Assembly: GCA_963754925.1 (NCBI GenBank)
Contig: CAVWHX010000006.1
Span: 117,407-181,406, forward strand
DNA: 64,000 nt
Source of the DNA: an uncultured delta proteobacterium
GTDB taxonomy: Bacteria; Myxococcota; B64-G9
Direction of reading: 5' to 3'
Below, piece by piece: positions 61,853 to 64,000 of the stretch (positions are counted from its first letter, which is position 1; each line of letters starts with the position of its first letter). The notes under the pieces were generated by a model. It saw only the letters and a program-made list of their open reading frames with translations. It did no database searches and was not told the DNA's origin. Position numbers and translations under genes: made by a program.

Positions 61853-62092
61853 CTACTATTATCACTCCGTTACGATCATCTTCCGAAGCGTGAAGTCCCG
61901 AATCAGGGATCGCTATCTCAAAAAGTGTTAGTTAGTTTGTCTCTGATAATTACATATCGTACCTATTGAATTTGTCAAGCAGCAGGGCCTGGCGGCAGTG
62001 GGTGAGTTTGAATCGTGGTTGATGCTGAAGAGATTACGCACGCTGGCCCAAGGCTACCTGGGGGCACTCGTCAATTAGTTCTTTTCTAGATC

Positions 62093-62142
62093 TGTTGAAG
62101 CAACGTAAATATGTCAGTTAACCGCAACGTAAAAATGTCAGT
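62093..62142 (+). mobile_element. isolated IS21-like terminal sequence
   Basis: starts TGT; two direct repeats gcaacgtaaa(t/a)atgtcagt 24 bp apart; no transposase follows. Confidence 0.55.
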
Positions 62143-62159
62143 CATCATAAGTTGCATTA

Positions 62160-62240
62160 GGCCACCATCAAGGAACCGCCGGCGAATTTCGAGCGTCCGT
62201 ACTTGAGCGTGTAGGTATCTTCGGCTTGATCGAACACCTC
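62160..62240 (-). pseudogene. 27-codon fragment of a MenA-like prenyltransferase paralog
   Basis: EVFDQAEDTYTLKYGRSKFAGGSLMVA versus 33168-33248, 23/27 aa identical. Confidence 0.8.
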
Positions 62241-62418
62241 GCTGCGATCGATATCCTCACGGCAGGTGTCGCTTAACGCCCCAATTCAATAGCCGAGGAG
62301 AGGCAAGAAGTCAAAGCAACCTAGAATGGTGGTTAAGGGGTTTTGTTTAACGAGTACAGTTAATAAACAATTTCTATATAGTTCCTTGTGAAAAGTGGTG
62401 GTTGTCGAAATGTTGAGT

Positions 62419-63038
62419 CTATTCTCTTTTAGTTTTTTCAAATTCTGATGCCCACGAAACAATAAAGCTAGCTTGTTGGGTTTCCACCGAACTTTTTTCG
62501 AGTATTACCAAACCATTCACACGGGTAAATGAATTCAATGCCTGAAAGCCGCCGGCTAACCCCATCAAATAGTTACGATTTTTGGCAAGACAATATCTGG
62601 AAGATTATTGATGGTCACTCTTATACGGGTCGGGGCTAATTGTTCTACAGAAACCTCTCCACAGTTGTGGTAAATGGATTTCCAGAAAAACGGAGCGAGC
62701 TTTAATATCGTGGAAGGTTTAATCTTTGCCAAATTCAAGGCAGCTAGGATAAAAGGGCTCACCATCGATGAATCGACAACTTTATGGAAAGATTTACAAG
62801 ATAGGTTGTAGCATCCTTCAATGCCTATCTCTGCTGCTATGCAATCAGTAATTTCGACATTTAATCTAACTGGAAGCCATTCATCTTTTTTTGCTTGCTG
62901 AACAATCTGCAGGGTTGCCTTGGGTATCCTCATCAAAATTCGATCTATTGTATTTTTGTCAGTGACTAAATTCAGGTGATTGATTCTGTTTTGAATCTGA
63001 AGAGCGCTAACCAATGGCTCTTTCTCTGGTTTATTCAA
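62419..63038 (-). CDS. hypothetical protein, frameshift near 62585
   Basis: 157-aa ORF continues in another frame (NRNYLMGLAGGF...FIVSW) to TAG at 62419. Confidence 0.55.
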
Positions 63039-63610
63039 GTCAAATCCTTTAACATAAAAGCGGTTAGACGCGAGTCAATATCCCCAAGACAGATCCATTT
63101 AGTTCCCGGGCTTCAACTCCGAAAAAAGCGTTATAGTTAATATAGTACAAATTTAATGGCGAGATCAAGATTTAAACGATTATTAGCTTGAGCAGGGGTG
63201 ATTCCAATGAGTTCCGCAGGACGATCGAGACAACCTTGAGCCCTACCAGTTCATTCGTGGGTAAGATCTGAAGACTGCCCCCAAGCTGCCCTGCGCTTAA
63301 CCAGATAAGGTTCTAGGTAGCTGAGAGGCTTCCAAGACAATAAATGATCTGGCAGAAATTGACAATAGTATCAACTATCAATGTTATTTTTAGAAGACTA
63401 TCTAGCCTGCTAACTCCTTAGAATATGGTCTAAATTATATATCTGAAGTGCTAACAATCATAGTAAAAGATGCCATCAATTCAACGTCAAGGTAGTTCGT
63501 ATTTCAGTATTATAGTAATACTTGACATAATTATTAAAAAGCCATAGTCCTGGTTTTGGTTTTTATGGTGGTACTTATAATAATTGTGGGGATCACTTCG
63601 GGAGGGTACC

Positions 63611-64000
63611 ATGGAATCAAGAATGGATCGGACTCGTTTGGAGGGGGATGCTAACTTTTTTCTGCACAGAGTCAGTGCACCGCAGAGCGATTTGCATCGA
63701 GTATTCGATGGCGCGTCGGCGCTGATCGCATTGGCGCATTGGGCGCCGGAGAAGATGCAGACAGTCGAAGAACTTGAAAGTCAAATAACCCTTTTTCCTG
63801 GCTCGTTGCTTGCGTTGAATAAGAGAACAGGACTAAAGGAAAAAAGAATTTGCGACAAAGATACCCGCATCATTGATTTTGCAATGAAAGCAGTGGATGA
63901 ATTAATCAGAAAGAGAACATGGGATGGCGAGCCAATTCCTTTGAATGAAATAGATCTTATAATATATTTTGGTGTTTCTAGAGAGTATGAGGAACCTGCG
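63611..64000 (+). CDS. 3-oxoacyl-ACP synthase III / OleA-like protein, 5' part
   Basis: GGAGG RBS; RTG..E.R and EIDLIIYFGVSREYEEPA; runs off the window. Confidence 0.7.
   Translation, partial: MESRMDRTRLEGDANFFLHRVSAPQSDLHRVFDGASALIALAHWAPEKMQTVEELESQITLFPGSLLALNKRTGLKEKRICDKDTRIIDFAMKAVDELIRKRTWDGEPIPLNEIDLIIYFGVSREYEEPA

Noticed and set aside
1..64000. tRNA, rRNA, prophage or T6SS structural genes
   Set aside because: None recognised by eye; tRNAscan-SE and Infernal were not run

Overview
Bacterial DNA whose gene content suggests a Deltaproteobacteria/Myxococcota-type organism (inference only). (1) 1-17 kb is a stress/dormancy cluster: wrbA, Usp, site-2 protease-CBS, two HPF/RaiA paralogs, DegP-like protease, DedA, superoxide reductase, Hsp20, trpS and transaldolase. 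It carries at least seven sigma-54-type promoter motifs and sits next to a sensor kinase / CheY-like / NtrC-type activator operon. (2) 17-33.5 kb holds mixed metabolic and membrane genes, a Phd-VapC module and an IS481-like element with long direct repeats. (3) 33.7-62 kb is a conflict island. It has more toxin-antitoxin modules, IS10-like and IS3 elements, a RAYT-type Y1 transposase plus a truncated copy, and two signal-peptide-bearing RHS toxin operons. Both operons share a ~100-bp promoter with 11-bp-spaced direct repeats, and a MalT/BTAD(SARP)-type regulator lies next to them. Highlights: an orphan RHS toxin whose coupled immunity gene looks like a stand-alone EF-G domain IV (possible target decoy); an RHS tip made from a DUF4258/DUF2283 pair; a short junction motif between the toxin/immunity cassettes; and a ~53-bp hairpin element with covarying stems and direct evidence of insertion. 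Many frameshifts, mostly at 53.8-62.6 kb, may be assembly errors. All family calls come from motif recognition by eye, not database searches.
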